Assembly (NCBI RefSeq): GCF_006345805.1 | Contig: NC_043015.1 | Location: 53,196,001-53,260,000, forward strand | DNA: 64,000 nucleotides | Direction of reading: 5' to 3' | Source: Octopus sinensis | Taxonomy: Eukaryota | Shown here: in pieces, positions 38,918-51,989 of the stretch | Layout of the letters: each line of letters begins with the position of its first letter | Position numbering within the stretch: position 1 is the stretch's first letter | Position numbers and translations under genes: made by a program | Notes under the pieces: model-generated | The model's database searches: none | What the model saw: the letters and a program-made list of their open reading frames with translations, nothing else | What the model was told of the DNA's origin: nothing

Positions 38918-39577
38918 TGGTTTTAATTTAAATATGAGGTTGTGTGTATGTGAGTGTGTATGTGTGTGTATGTGTCTGCATGTGCATGTGTGTACGTACG
39001 TATAATTTCACTGCTTTCTGTCATTACATAGCGCCCATGCTGGAGCGCCAATAAATAATATATTCAAGGCAATAAATAATACATCATCAATATATATTTT
39101 CATTCTGGCACATATTTTATCATTCTAATTATTCCGAAGTTACGTACACACACACACACACATACACACAGACACAGACACACACACACACACACACACA
39201 CACAAAGTTAGCTAGCAAAATTGATACATAGATCGATATATATATATGTGTGTGTGTGTAAAGTGATTGAGGAAGAGAAAGAGAGGGATAGAGCGGGAGA
39301 CATAGACGTATAGTAACATAGATTGGTGCAAAACAGGTATATAGACAGCTAGAATATGTAGGAGTGTGCGATCGCGTATTTATGTGTTTATATATCTGTA
39401 CGTTGGTTGTGATATAGATAAATAAAAAATATATAGAAAGCTAGCTAGCTACACAGACAGACAGGCTGATGGACGGACGGACAGACAGACAGACAGACAG
39501 ACAGTTAGATTGATAGATGCATAGATTGATAGATAGATAGATAGATAGATATATAGATAGATAGATAGATAGATACA

Positions 39578-39609
<32 letters not shown>

Positions 39610-39611
<2 letters not shown>

Positions 39612-39773
39612 CATAGACAGACAGACAGACGGACAGACGGGTGCACAGACAGACAGACAGGCAGACAGATAGATAAAAATACAGAGAGAGGGAGTGAGAG
39701 AGAAAGAAAGAGATTCATAGATAGATAGATAGATAGATAGATATATAGATAGATAGATAGATAGATACATACA

Positions 39774-39807
<34 letters not shown>

Positions 39808-40122
39808 CATAGACAGACAGACAGACGGACAGACGGGTGCACAGACAGACAGACAGGCAGACAGATAGATAAAAATACAGAGAGAGGGAGTGAGAGAGAA
39901 AGAAAGAGATTCATAGATAGATAGATAGATGGATAGATAGATAGATAGATAGATACATACATACATACATACATACATACATACATACATACTACATACA
40001 TACATACATACATACATAGACAGACAGACGGACGGACAGACGGATGCACAAACAGACAGACAGGCAGACAGATAGATAAAAATACAGAGAGAGGGAGTGA
40101 GAGAGAAAGAGATTCATAGATA

Positions 40123-40130
<8 letters not shown>
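39610..40130. repeat. ~200-bp tandem triplication within a GATA/GACA/CATA array
   Basis: The unique anchor ggcagacagatagataaaaatacagagagagggagtgagagagaaag occurs at ~39660, ~39856 and ~40063. Confidence 0.85.
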
Positions 40131-40174
<44 letters not shown>

Positions 40175-40317
40175 GTGTGTATGTATGTATGTAGGTATGT
40201 ATGTATGTATGTATGTATGTAGGTAGGTAGGTAGGTAGGGAGGTAGGTAGGTATACAGCAGTTCAGACAGAGAGACGGGCAGAGAGACAGACAGGCAGGC
40301 AGACAGACAGACAGACT

Positions 40318-40379
<62 letters not shown>

Positions 40380-41079
40380 CAGATGATCACTATGTAGGTA
40401 GACACGATAGATACTTCTCTCTAAGAGAAAGGAAAACCATAAAAGATAAATATGATATAGTCATATATTATAATATAAAGAGATATATGATATCGTATAA
40501 GCTTTAAGACCTAAGAATATTGGACACAAATAAAACGAGAGAGAGTCTAGGGAAAAGATAAATTCAATAATATTTTTTGATATTATGTTTTTTTTGTGGA
40601 AGAAAACAAAACAACGAAAATAAAGATAAATTATTGTTTCTTTGTACATAGGCCATTTAACAGATTAAAACAATGTCACTGTTGATCTACCATAGTTTTT
40701 TAGTACTATACAGATATTGGCAATAAACACAGAGAAAATTGATTCTGTAAACTATTTGCACTTTCTGTATAGCTACAAGTTCACAGTCAATATTTATGTA
40801 AGTTTGTATGTCCCTATGTTGTGTGTATGTATCTGTGTGTTTGTATGTGTGTGTGTGTTTGTATGTGTGTGTGTATGTGTGTGTGAGTGTGTGTGTGTGT
40901 GTGTGTTGGAATAAACGTATGTATATTTGCATGCCTATGTATAACTATATTTGTACGTGAGTACGTACACGTACACACATTCATGCATATCCACACCCAC
41001 ATACGAATATATATATTTATTTATTGGGAGAGATAGAAAGAGAGGAAATAAACATACAGGTTGAAAAATAGACAGACAG

Positions 41080-41132
<53 letters not shown>

Positions 41133-42216
41133 CAGAGACAGAGAGAGAGAATGTTATGACGTATGTTGCCAAGATGCAAATCATAGTAAACATGATGCAC
41201 ATAGCACTTTTTTTTATAAGAGATAGATTGCTCCTCATTAAAAAATGGTGTTATAACAATCGTGTAAATTTTTTTTATAAAACCACGCATCTGACACCCA
41301 CCCACCCACACACCCACACACGCGCGTGCAAAAAGAAATATTGCAGCGAATTGTAAGAGTAATATACAAAAATTACAGTAGATTGAGCTGCTTCTAGAGT
41401 GAAATCCATGTATCTGTCGTACAGAGCGAATACGGAAGAATTATGTATTTTCATCAGAGAGAAGGAGAGAAAAGCATTGAGTTTGTTCCTTTATATAAGC
41501 CTACTTAATATGGTGTGAAACCGTCTCTCATGTATATTCTTGCATATGTCAGCGTCTCCACAGTTCCGGCTGGCAAATTGTTGTGTTGCAAAAAGAACTG
41601 CCTCCACTAACTAATGCTATCTCATTCACCACATTGGCAAGCGTATCTTTGCTTGTTTTTAACAAGCATTCTTCCATTTCGGATAAATGTCTCCGACGTT
41701 ATTTATTTTATTTTCTCGGAACCGTTATATTCTAAACAAAGCTTTTAATAATAGAATAAACGAACGACTACTCGTCTCATTCGTTTGAATTTCGAAACAT
41801 CCCAGTTTCGTTAATTGTAGGAAAAAAATAAGTGGCTAGCACTCGGTCATTACTTTATTAAACATATTTAAATACGGAATTAAATCGTTGGCAAAATCCA
41901 AATATTAAATCGTAGTGAGGCAATGTTAGCCAAGCCAATTGCTTGTCCAAAGCATTTTCAGAAGCTTGTCCTAAACTTCCATGCTTATTTTCAAACTTTT
42001 AGTTAGACCTTGTTTTCTACGTTCCGAGTAATGAAACTCTTTCCTATGTTCCAGGTTAACTCTGATGGTCGAAAGAAATCGGGAATGTGTATCACATATG
42101 ATGTATTGATGCCAGGGAAAATATGTTCTGTTTTTCACATGGGATAATCAGGACGGGCAAAAGGTTAAGGAGCTATCTAAATTTATACAAGAAAATTTAT
42201 ATAATGCAGCACGGGA

Positions 42217-42258
42217 TTTTGTCAGTGAACAGGTCGCGGGCTCAAAGCGACGAAAATT
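42217..42258 (+). ncRNA. Hammerhead-like motif with G3-C8 swapped core (family E)
   Basis: ttttgtca-GUGAACA-G-GUCGC-gggctcaaa-GCGAC-GAAA-att. Perfect 5-bp stem II; the 3' strand of stem I is not visible in this copy. Confidence 0.45.
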
Positions 42259-42559
42259 AAATTTAAATGTTGAAGTGAATCTAACGGTTTTTGTGTACTT
42301 CTTAAATGGTTTATAAACACCTTCCACACTGCAATAGTTTTTGTTCCAGCCCACGTTCTCAGATCAGGTCACTTGCTATGCAAGTACATCTTCGTAATGT
42401 GTATACGAAAATTAATAAAACCTGTAATCAGTATTGGCGCCGTTGTATAAACGAGATACGGCGAAACAGATATCCAAGAACTAATACCTACCTTGTATTT
42501 ATAAACTACAGCATAAATGCTACTTCATTTTTGTATCTTTTACATTAATTACGAACTTC

Positions 42560-42595
<36 letters not shown>

Positions 42596-43418
42596 TTGAG
42601 TGTATACAATTAAAAAAAAAGATAATTCATCTGATTACATTTATAACTAAGTCGATTACTGCGATGCATCACTAATGATTTCTTCAATTCCCTAAACTTA
42701 CCTTTGAAGATCTGTGCCAGAAATAAACTCATTTCGCAAAAACTGTTGCGGCGAAACGCCTCAAATATTAGATTCGACCGAACCTGCCAGTTGCGATTAA
42801 GCAATGACATCATTGAAGTCGCTAATTAATTCGTCAAAGACATGATGATCAAAATATCTAATTTCTTCTCTTTCTTCTCTGTAAACTGTTTTGATGCGGA
42901 ATATATTTATAAAGTAATGTAAATAATGGCTTCTTTACCTCGGCGCTAGGCCAGACACATATGGGGTATATATAACAGATTTATATAATGTCAGTACGAG
43001 ATGGGTATATATTTTAATGACACTGAAATTACGAAAAACAAACAAAAAACAAACAAGGAAAAAACAAAACAAAGTCGATCTCGGAAAGGTTGAAATGAAC
43101 GAGGATGGGGGCGGGGCACCAATATATATACTGAAAGCATTTTATTACTGGTATTAAATGTTTCGTTTAATTGCTTTAACGTACAATAGATGTGTATAGA
43201 CTGATTAGCCAACACTACGTGTTAGAACGTATGTAACATATTCATCAAACGAAATCACGCCCTCTGAAACAAATCATTGGCTTCAAAAGGCTAAATATAA
43301 ATCTTCCGTTATTACATGATTCTTCGGCAACTAGATCTAGTTTTACAACACAATATGTATATATATAAATATATATAGTTTAGGACAATTGGTTAGTTTT
43401 CATAATAGTACTCGGAGT

Positions 43419-43458
<40 letters not shown>

Positions 43459-43495
43459 ATTATATATATATATATATATACAGAGAGAGAGAGAG

Positions 43496-43553
<58 letters not shown>

Positions 43554-44017
43554 CAGATAGATAGATAGATAGATACTGATCACTTCCAGGTAAATACACT
43601 CCAGTTTAGGCGGTGATAAGAGATGTTAATTGTTGAGCCGTGTCGATGCTGGATTTCTTTGCTAACATCTTTTATTATGATTTATCCCTCAACGTTGTAG
43701 GTTCAAATTCATACGGTCAGTGTTCATAAAAAAAGCGGCATATATGTGTGACGAAATATATCCAATAGGATGCATCTTCCCCCATAAAATTATGGTCCTG
43801 ATGTTAATAGAACAAAAACGTGCCGAAGAAAAAAACTCCCATATGTTACAGGTCCCTCGGAGTGGGATCAGTAAAGTTAGGCAATGATGTCTTCATGTAG
43901 CGAATGTTTTACCATACTGTTTTCGCATTTATCAACATGTTTCGGATGCCTATACGGTGTGTGTTTGCTATGGATATGTTTGACAACAAACCTGAATGGA
44001 AGGATTGTTGCCGCCCT

Positions 44018-44088
<71 letters not shown>

Positions 44089-44154
44089 CACATACACATA
44101 TTCATACATACACACACACACACACACCACACACACACACACATACATATATAT

Positions 44155-44447
44155 TCTTGTTGTTGTTTGTTCCTTCTCGAGCCACGCTCACTTTCCACGT
44201 TTCCTTGGCGTATAGGTTCCCCACCTGGACGGGACGCCGGTCCGTCACAGGTGAGCTGCAAGATGCAGGAGGAAAAAGTGAAAGAAAGTTGTGGCGAAAG
44301 AGTCAGCAGAAGTTCGCCATTACCTTCTGCCGGAGCCGCGTAGAGCTTAGGTGTTTCGCTCATAAACACACATCGCCCGGTCTGAGATTCGAACCCGTAA
44401 TCCCTCGACCGCGAGTCCACTGCTCTAACCACTAGGCCATGTGCCTC
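44155..44447 (-). mobile_element. SINE family I, tail type 2
   Basis: tRNA-Arg-like head on the minus strand; tail cgtcccgtccaggtggggaacctatacgccaaggaaac...ggctcgagaaggaacaaacaacaac. Confidence 0.85.
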
Positions 44448-44487
44448 TGCACACACGCACACACACACACACACAAACACACACACA

Positions 44488-44543
<56 letters not shown>

Positions 44544-44594
44544 CCCTATATACTTATGTATGTGTGTGCACCCATACATATATGGGTGCACACA

Positions 44595-44975
44595 CATACA
44601 AGCGAGACCGTAGCCGTTGCCGATGCCAGCATCGCATAACTGGCCCGTTTAAAAGTACCCCTTCAATCGTCCGGCAATATGCTGTGCTTCAGAAGACCTA
44701 TCGAACCAGGTGATGTCGTAGTCGTGGCCGGTGCCAATGCCGCCTGACTAGCACCCGTTCTTGTGGCACGTAAAACGCACCATTCGAGCGTGTTCGATGC
44801 CAATGCCGCCTGACTAGCTCCCAAGCCGGTGGCACGTAAAAAGCATCGCCTACACTCTCGGAGTGGTTGGCGTTAGGGAGAGCATCGAGATGTAGCAACC
44901 ATACCAGAGCAGATTGGAGCCTAACCGTCCAACCAATGCTAGCATGGAAAGAGGAAGTTAAACGATGATGATATA
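44595..44975 (+). mobile_element. RTE-type LINE/SINE 3' tail with internal tandem units
   Basis: Duplicated tgccaatgccgcctgactagc...ggcacgtaaaa units, then ctacactctcggagtggttggcgttagg...ctagcatggaaag..gttaaacgatgatgat. The RTE assignment is from recall of such tails. Confidence 0.55.
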
Positions 44976-45461
44976 TATGCATCAATATTTGTTTTAATGT
45001 TAAGTAATATATAAAATCAATTTATTATTAAGCTGAACGATCACACAACACTTGTCAAAATTTTACAAGACGTGAAAAGACTGTGACTGTGGTTTAACAT
45101 TTTGTTGTTATTTCTGATACTGAAAACATTGAAAATTAAAAAGAAGACCACCGTTTTATCACTTTAGTAACTGAAACACCTGAAAACAAGGTGAACTAAA
45201 GAATATTAAATCATTTTAACACCATGTTTTTTTTTCTTCTTATAATTAGCCCATATTAATAGAATTATGAGAATAGAACTGCCAACTACGTAAAACGTGA
45301 CACTTAATTAAAATCCTTTTGCTAAATCGGGATGGAATTCATCGCTAACTTGATATCGGCAGACTTTCGGGACAGAATATACAGTCATAAGTAAATATTG
45401 GTTACTAAATGTAGGCACAAGGTGAAAATTTCTGTGTGGAGTTTAAAAGTTGAGGAGACCT

Positions 45462-45508
<47 letters not shown>

Positions 45509-46004
45509 TAACCAGTAAAATATTTTTGTCGTCCAGAGAGAGGCAGTGCAAAGACATCAAATGCGGAATGTGATATCAGAATGGCACTACTGTATCGCAG
45601 GTCGTTTAATCCATCTATCTAACGTTTCTGACGTTTGTTATTCACCGCATTTTTATCCAAAATAGAAAAACAAAATGTGTACCACAGCGGAATTTGAACT
45701 CATGATATCCTGAGTGTCAGGTAAAAAAAAATACTACTCAGGGTGCCGTTCAATAAAATTGAACTTGAAACCACGCAGCTGCAAATGTCCAACCAAATTC
45801 CTAGAAATAGAAGTCCACTCTTTCTTTCGAAAGTAAAGACATTCGAGAGACGAAGTTTTAGAGATTCTATATCGGGAAAGAAAATCCGACAGTCACAGCT
45901 AGAACGCATTTGCTTATACGTTTTTTCTGGATTAGGGCCAACATGGGGTAATCGTGGCTATTCAACAACAACGAGAACATCAACTATAACAGCAGCAAAA
46001 CAGT

Positions 46005-46340
46005 GGAGGCGCAATGGCCCAGTGGTTAGGGCAGCGGACTCGCGGTCGGAGGATCGCAGTTTCGATTCCCAGACCGGGCGTTGTGTGTGTTTATTGAGCG
46101 AAATCACCTAAAGCTCCACGAGGCTCCGGCAGGGAGTGGTGGTGACCCCCGTTATACTCTTTCGCCCTAACTTTCTCTCACTCTTTCTTCCTGTTTCTTG
46201 TCCCCGACTTCCTACGCAACCGCTGAGCCTGGATGCGCATTCATCCATCCGTCGATGCTCTTGGTGTCGGGGATTGACCTGCTTTTTCTTCTGCGGGTCT
46301 TATGAATAGCAAAGAACCACGATTCGGACTTCTCCCACTG
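46005..46340 (+). mobile_element. SINE family I, tail type 3
   Basis: Same head and core as 12695; tail gacttcctacgcaaccgctgagcctggatgcgcattcatccatccgtcgatgctc. Confidence 0.85.
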
Positions 46341-46394
46341 CGAGCTCTGGGATGAAGACCGCTTCGCTCAACAGCAGCAGCAACAACATCAATA

Positions 46395-46575
46395 GAGGCG
46401 CAATGGCCCAGTGGTTAGGACAGAGGACCCGCGGTCGAAAGAAAGCGGTTTGGATTCCCAGACCAGGCATTATGAGTGTTTATTGAACAAAAACACCTAA
46501 GCTCCACGAGGTTCCGGCGAGGTTGGGGGTGAACTCCGCTGTACTCTTTCACCACAACTTTCACTTTTCTTCCTA
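46395..46575 (+). mobile_element. SINE family I, head and core
   Basis: gaggcgcaatggcccagtggttagg...aacacctaagctccacgagg. Confidence 0.8.
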
Positions 46576-47297
46576 CTTTTGCCACAAAGCAGAAGTAGGG
46601 TGGTTTAGCTCTCCACCCGTTAAAAGCCACCGTTTACGGAATGAGGATAACAACGTAGCTTTCGCGCGCGTGCAACCGCCAGTCTATCGCGTGTGGTGGG
46701 TGGATTTTCAAGTTGCCACATGCATTCTTAGTAGCTTAGAGTAGGCTCGAATTAGAGATTATTCTTTGTGGCTAATGACGTGAGTCCTGATTGGAAGAAG
46801 AAGAAGAAGAAGAAGAGGAGCAACATCATCAGTAGCCGCAATAAACTTCTGCGTTTATCTACAATGGGATGTGGGTTTATGCAAACGACCACAGTCAGAA
46901 GAACTGGGAACAACCAAAATAGGTTGAAAGAAAATGCTTGTATATTAATACTTACCATCGTCGAAGAAATTTTGAATAAATAACACGAGTGCAGATAATT
47001 ATCGTTAACCCATGAGACGGAGATACTTAATGTTTACAACCATGTAAATACAAGTTTAATCATAGAAGTAATTTAGAATTCGAAACCGCCACACGGAAAT
47101 AAATTGCTGTAACACTTCAAGTCTGCAAAAACGTTTAAAATGTTAAATGAGGAAAATAATTTACACCCCAACCAAGAAGCAAAAAAAAAAAAAAAAAAAA
47201 GAACAAACACAAACAAAACAGAAAAATTAGAAGCAAATCGGATTTATTAACAGCAAAATCTTAAACTTTATCTCTAACCATATATATATGTATATAT

Positions 47298-47339
<42 letters not shown>

Positions 47340-47467
47340 GACGTACTAATAAAAGAGCGTGCGTCTTTGAATTATCCTACAGGTAGCTAGACGCGTATTA
47401 TATATACATACATGTATCATGTATGTATATATATCTACACACACACATACACACACGCACACACACA

Positions 47468-47514
<47 letters not shown>

Positions 47515-47884
47515 ACACACATATAATATATATATATATATAATATATATATATATAAGCATGTATGTATGTATATGTATTCTAATATGTATAGTTCAGA
47601 CTTCCCAATTAAAAAATAGCTGAACCTCCGTCTTCCCGATATCTGATTTAAGATAAAATGACATTCTTACATACCTTAAGGAAATTGTTTGCTGTTTGCT
47701 TCGTTTTTATTGTTGTTGCTGCTTTTGGCGTTGTTAGGGTGGAGTGGTAAAGGCGGAAGTTTTTAGCTGAGCGAAACTTAGTAGTCAGACATATTTTCTT
47801 TTTTCCTGAAGAACGAAACGGTTATTTTAGGTTGAGACCACATATTGCGAAGAAAAGAATGACGTAACAATAACAAGAATAATA

Positions 47885-48300
47885 ATCTCTTCTGTTGTAG
47901 GCACAAGACCCGAAATTTTGGGGTAGGAGGATAGGCGATGAGATCGACCTCAGTACATAACTGGTACTTAATTTATCGGCCCCGAAAGGATGAAATGCAA
48001 AGTCGACCTCGGCGGAATTTGAATTTTAGCGTAAAGACAAACGAAATGGCGCTCAGCATTTCGCCCGGTGTGCTACCCACTCTGCCAGCTCAACAACAAT
48101 AATAATAATAATAATAACAATCTTTTCTATTATAGGTACACGGTCTGAAATTTTGGAGGAGGGGTTAAGTCGATTATATGGGCCCGATATTTTATCGACC
48201 CAAAACTGATGAAAATCAAAGTCGATTTCGACTTTGAATTTGAAGCCGGAAGTGATACTCATAAGCATTAAGTCCGGCGCGCTAACAATTCTGCTACCTC
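47885..48300 (-). mobile_element. Two tandem SINE family B copies
   Basis: 47885-48092 and 48120-48300 each carry the tail gtaggcacaag/ggtacacgg..gaaattttgg and the family core. Confidence 0.75.
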
Positions 48301-48390
48301 TCCGTCTTAATAATCACAATAATTACTATCATGTACATTAATTACATTATTTACATTTGACGGATATTTGTCCTCATCTTGTTTGTTGTT

Positions 48391-48436
48391 AACACAACGT
48401 TTCGGTTGATATACTCTCCAGCCTTCATCAGGTGTC
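48391..48436 (-). ncRNA. Hammerhead (family C) with one stem II mismatch
   Basis: GACAC-CUGAUGA-A-GGCUG-gagagtatat-CAACC-GAAA-CG-UU-GUGUU. Confidence 0.7.
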
Positions 48437-48502
48437 TTGGGGAAATTTCGAACCTGGGTTCTCAATCCTAAGGTATTTTTTAATGTTATTATTATTCTCC
48501 AA

Positions 48503-48548
48503 GACACCTGAAGAAGGCTGGAGGGTATATCAGCCGAAACGTTGTGTT
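48503..48548 (+). ncRNA. Hammerhead (family C), N7=A variant
   Basis: GACAC-CUGAAGA-A-GGCUG-gagggtatat-CAGCC-GAAA-CG-UU-GUGUU; the change is at the non-conserved core position 7. Confidence 0.85.
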
Positions 48549-48714
48549 AACAACACAGATGAGGACAAATATGCGTCAAATGTAAATAATGTAAATAATG
48601 TGCATAATTGTTCATCTCTTAAATATAGAACTGTATTAATAATAATAATAATGATAACAATAATAATAATGATTATAATAATAATAATAATAATAATAAT
48701 AAGTAATAATGATA

Positions 48715-48784
<70 letters not shown>

Positions 48785-48800
48785 TAATAATAATAATGAT

Positions 48801-49356
48801 AAATGCCCTGATGAAGTACCAGGCATTTGCTCTCGTGGCTTCTGATCTTAACTGATTGGAAGTGTTATCATGTACATTGTTTCGTCTTGGTATAAAAGAT
48901 GGGCTATAGCAAATATTCTGTTCAATACCACAGATTTGCTTGTCAGTTGTTTGATCTTAACCAGTTGAGCATTTCCCTTAGTGGCTGACGATATGTGCAT
49001 CTCTGATCGCAAGCAGAAGTAGTGGGGGAGCATCATAGCTGTGTTGAAAGAGATTCTTTGGGGTTTGAATAATTCACCTCTGGAAACATCGGTGTTTCGT
49101 TCCACATCCTTAAACAACTCTTATTCAGGGACCTTTTGAGTGGGATGGGTTACACGACTAGAAAAAAATTCTAACTGAGCCCCACCTGCAAGGTCATGTG
49201 CTGTTTATCTCGATATGAGATCCCCATGTTGCGCACATATAGTTGTGATGCATGTGCCTAGTGTACCCTTATCAGACGGGTAGTCATGATGGGTACTGGG
49301 CTTCGTATATTATACCCCAGTGTCACTTTGATGGCATACACTGCTCTCTCACTCAA
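48801..49356. mobile_element. Family D element, copy 2
   Basis: Colinear with 35681-36248; (TAA/TGA)n on both sides. Confidence 0.85.
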
Positions 49357-49390
49357 TAATAATAATAATGATGATGATGATGATGATAAC

Positions 49391-49449
<59 letters not shown>

Positions 49450-49827
49450 TAATCATGGTTTCAAATTTTGGCTCCAGGCCAGCGATTTCGGGGAAGGGGT
49501 TAAGTCGATTATATCCACTCCAGTTTTCAACTATTTATTTTATTGACCCCTACTCTGCATGCGGCTCTAAATTCCTTGAAATATATCAAGCGTTAATTCA
49601 TAAGAAAAAAAACCAACCTTTTGCTGAATATGCCTCTGCTGAAATTGAGGTGGGTCTAATATGGCCGTTTCAAATTTTGAATACTGTACTTAAGGGCTTA
49701 ATAGTATGGCGTCAAGTACATGATTCAGATTCTGCATGTTTTGTTTTGAGTGTTGGGTGTGTATGTATTTGGCTCGTGGTGAGAAAAAGGATGGATCTAA
49801 TCCTATACTTGACTGATACATGCTTAC

Positions 49828-49957
49828 GTCATATTAGAGACATTAGGAAATAGGATATTCACAGGAAGTTGTAGATCATTCGCCACTGAAGTTCCTTAAT
49901 CCATCCAGAAGATCCGAACGCCCATATTCAAACAGCGGTGAACACTAGATACATGCT
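49828..49957 (-). other. Candidate 130-nt exon (probably non-coding or UTR)
   Basis: Minus strand ttttctttcag|AGCATG...ATGAC|gtaagc; all three frames contain a stop. Confidence 0.25.
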
Positions 49958-50484
49958 CTGAAAGAAAATGCGATGACAGTGCGAGAGAAGCATAACTTTG
50001 TTTAGTTCGTAACTGCATTAATAAACGCACTTAGTTCTATTTACCAACGAAGAAGAGATGTCTTTTTCTAATACTCATCATGTAGAAATGCATTCTTCAA
50101 CTTAGATTTCAGAAATCCACTACATCATATTCCTGCGTAACAAACAGGGAGTGTGTAGTTGTAGCTTTTAAAATTTTGGTGGGGGTAGTTTTTTTCTTTC
50201 TATATGGGAAGGAGTGGAAATCACATCCTCAGAAATTATTTTGGGGTTTTCTGTCCCAAGCAAAATTTTCAGAAATTGTAAGTAAAAGCGTTTTAGAAAA
50301 ATGCAAAAGTGTCCTAAGTCCGAAACGTTGCTTTTTAAAAAAACGAAAAAATACTTTCACCATTCCCTAGCAAAACCGCTGTACTACACTTTGATGATTT
50401 TTTCAATATCTTGGCATCTGAAGTAGCTGGAGATACGATAGTTTGACCAAAAGAACCGACTATTGCAAGCAAAAATAATATCCT

Positions 50485-50685
50485 TTTCTGATCTAGGTAC
50501 AAGGTTCGAAAATTTTGGAGGAGGAGGCCAGTCGATTAGATCGACCCCAGTACGGAGCTGGTACTTAATTTATCGACCCCGAAAGGGTGAATAGCAAAGT
50601 CGACCTCGGCGGAATTTGAACTCAGAATATAAAGAGAGATAGAATAACGCTAAGCATTTCGCCCGACGTGCTAACGATTCTGCCA
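50485..50685 (-). mobile_element. SINE family B
   Basis: Core tatcgaccccgaaaggg..aaagtcgacctcggcggaatttgaactcag and head gcatttcgcccgacgtgctaacgattctgcc. Confidence 0.85.
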
Positions 50686-50852
50686 AAAATAAATATTGAA
50701 AACAACGCAGTTGGCCAAATTTGGACATACGACACTTTAACATAATAGCAATGGATTTCATTGTATTTAATGGTACCTGTTTTTTTTGTTTTTTTGTATT
50801 GTGTAAAACATTTCTGGAAATTCATACATACGAATCTAACTATCTATCTAAA

Positions 50853-50922
<70 letters not shown>

Positions 50923-51416
50923 GTGAGAGTAGAGAGGCAAGTTTTGTCTAGCGAATGTTTTAAAAAAAGATGGGTGAATGTAGCAAGAATGGCACGTATG
51001 AATGACGAAGCCACCTTGAGCATGATCCTATGAACCCAGAAATTGAAATCAGAGAGTTGCTTATTTGCAAAAAAAAAAAAAAAGAAATATAACATGTGAC
51101 TCCATTGACCGAGGTTACCGTGGTCTTTTCCGTAGGCTTTTCTTTCCACGGGTAAACCTCACCTGTCCTCCCCTTTACACTTCATATTGACATTTCTGTG
51201 ATAACGATCCCTATTGATCAAAAATTTTTTTTTTTTTCTCCTCTCCCCCTTTTTTTTAACCCCCCTTTTTTTGTCCTCTTTCTCTCCTTTTACGATCCCT
51301 TTTGATCGAAACTCCCCCCTTCCTTTTTTTTTTTTTTTTTTTTAACCTCAAAAGAAAAGCTCTACCTTGTAATTTGTTCTATCTGTGTGCAGCCCTGTGT
51401 GGCTAATAAAGAAACA
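50923..51416 (+). mobile_element. 5'-truncated Tx1-like LINE (ORF2 end plus 3' UTR) inside (TATC)n
   Basis: VRVERQVLSSECFKKRWVNVARMARMNDEATLSMIL* is homologous to the 3' end of 31305-33720; ends agccctgtgtggctAATAAAgaaaca; TATC arrays on both sides. Confidence 0.85.
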
Positions 51417-51509
51417 TATCTATCTATCTATCTATCATCTATCTACTGTCATTCTACCTATCTATCTATCTATCTATCCATCTATCTACTGTCATTCTAC
51501 CTACCTATA

Positions 51510-51551
<42 letters not shown>

Positions 51552-51654
51552 ATTTTCTATTTACCAATTTATCAATCAATCTCTATCTCTGTCTCACTCT
51601 CTCTCTCTCCTCTCACTCTCTCATTTTCAGTATGTTTAGTTGAATGAAACAACA

Positions 51655-51989
51655 TCAATCTTTATTTTGTTAGGCGTGGCACATTCATTCCGTATCTTTT
51701 GTCGAACCGCTAAGTTACGTGGACGTAAACAAACTAAATCCGGTTGTGAAGTTGTGGTGGTGGGGGCAAATACAAACACTATGTGTGTGTGTGCGTGCGT
51801 GCGTGTGTGTAAAAACGACGGGCTTCCGCACAGTTTTCGCCTACAACATTCACTCACGAGGTATTCACAAGTCACACAGGGGTTATACCAGGAGACGTTT
51901 GCCGCAGGTGCGGCACAGTCGGAGTGAACCCGAAACCATGTAACTAAAAAGCAAACTAGTTTCTTAACCAGACACACATGCCTGCGCCT
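51655..51989 (-). mobile_element. SINE family A
   Basis: tttgtcgaaccgctaagttacgtggacgtaaac...agtcggagtgaacccgaaaccatg...atgcctgcgcct. Confidence 0.75.

Larger units (their letters stand above)
48325..48635. mobile_element. Inverted pair of family C pseudo-LTRs
   Basis: Minus copy 48325-48495 and plus copy 48497-48635, each with an HHR. Confidence 0.85.

Noticed and set aside
42939-43022. 84-nt open segment between a minus-strand acceptor and GTAAAG
   Set aside because: Weak donor, TA-rich composition and unrecognisable peptide; consistent with chance.
48801-48830. CTGATGA at the left end of family D as a hammerhead or HDV-like ribozyme
   Set aside because: No downstream stem plus GAAA; the other copy reads catgatgca; I could not build an HDV P1 helix by eye.
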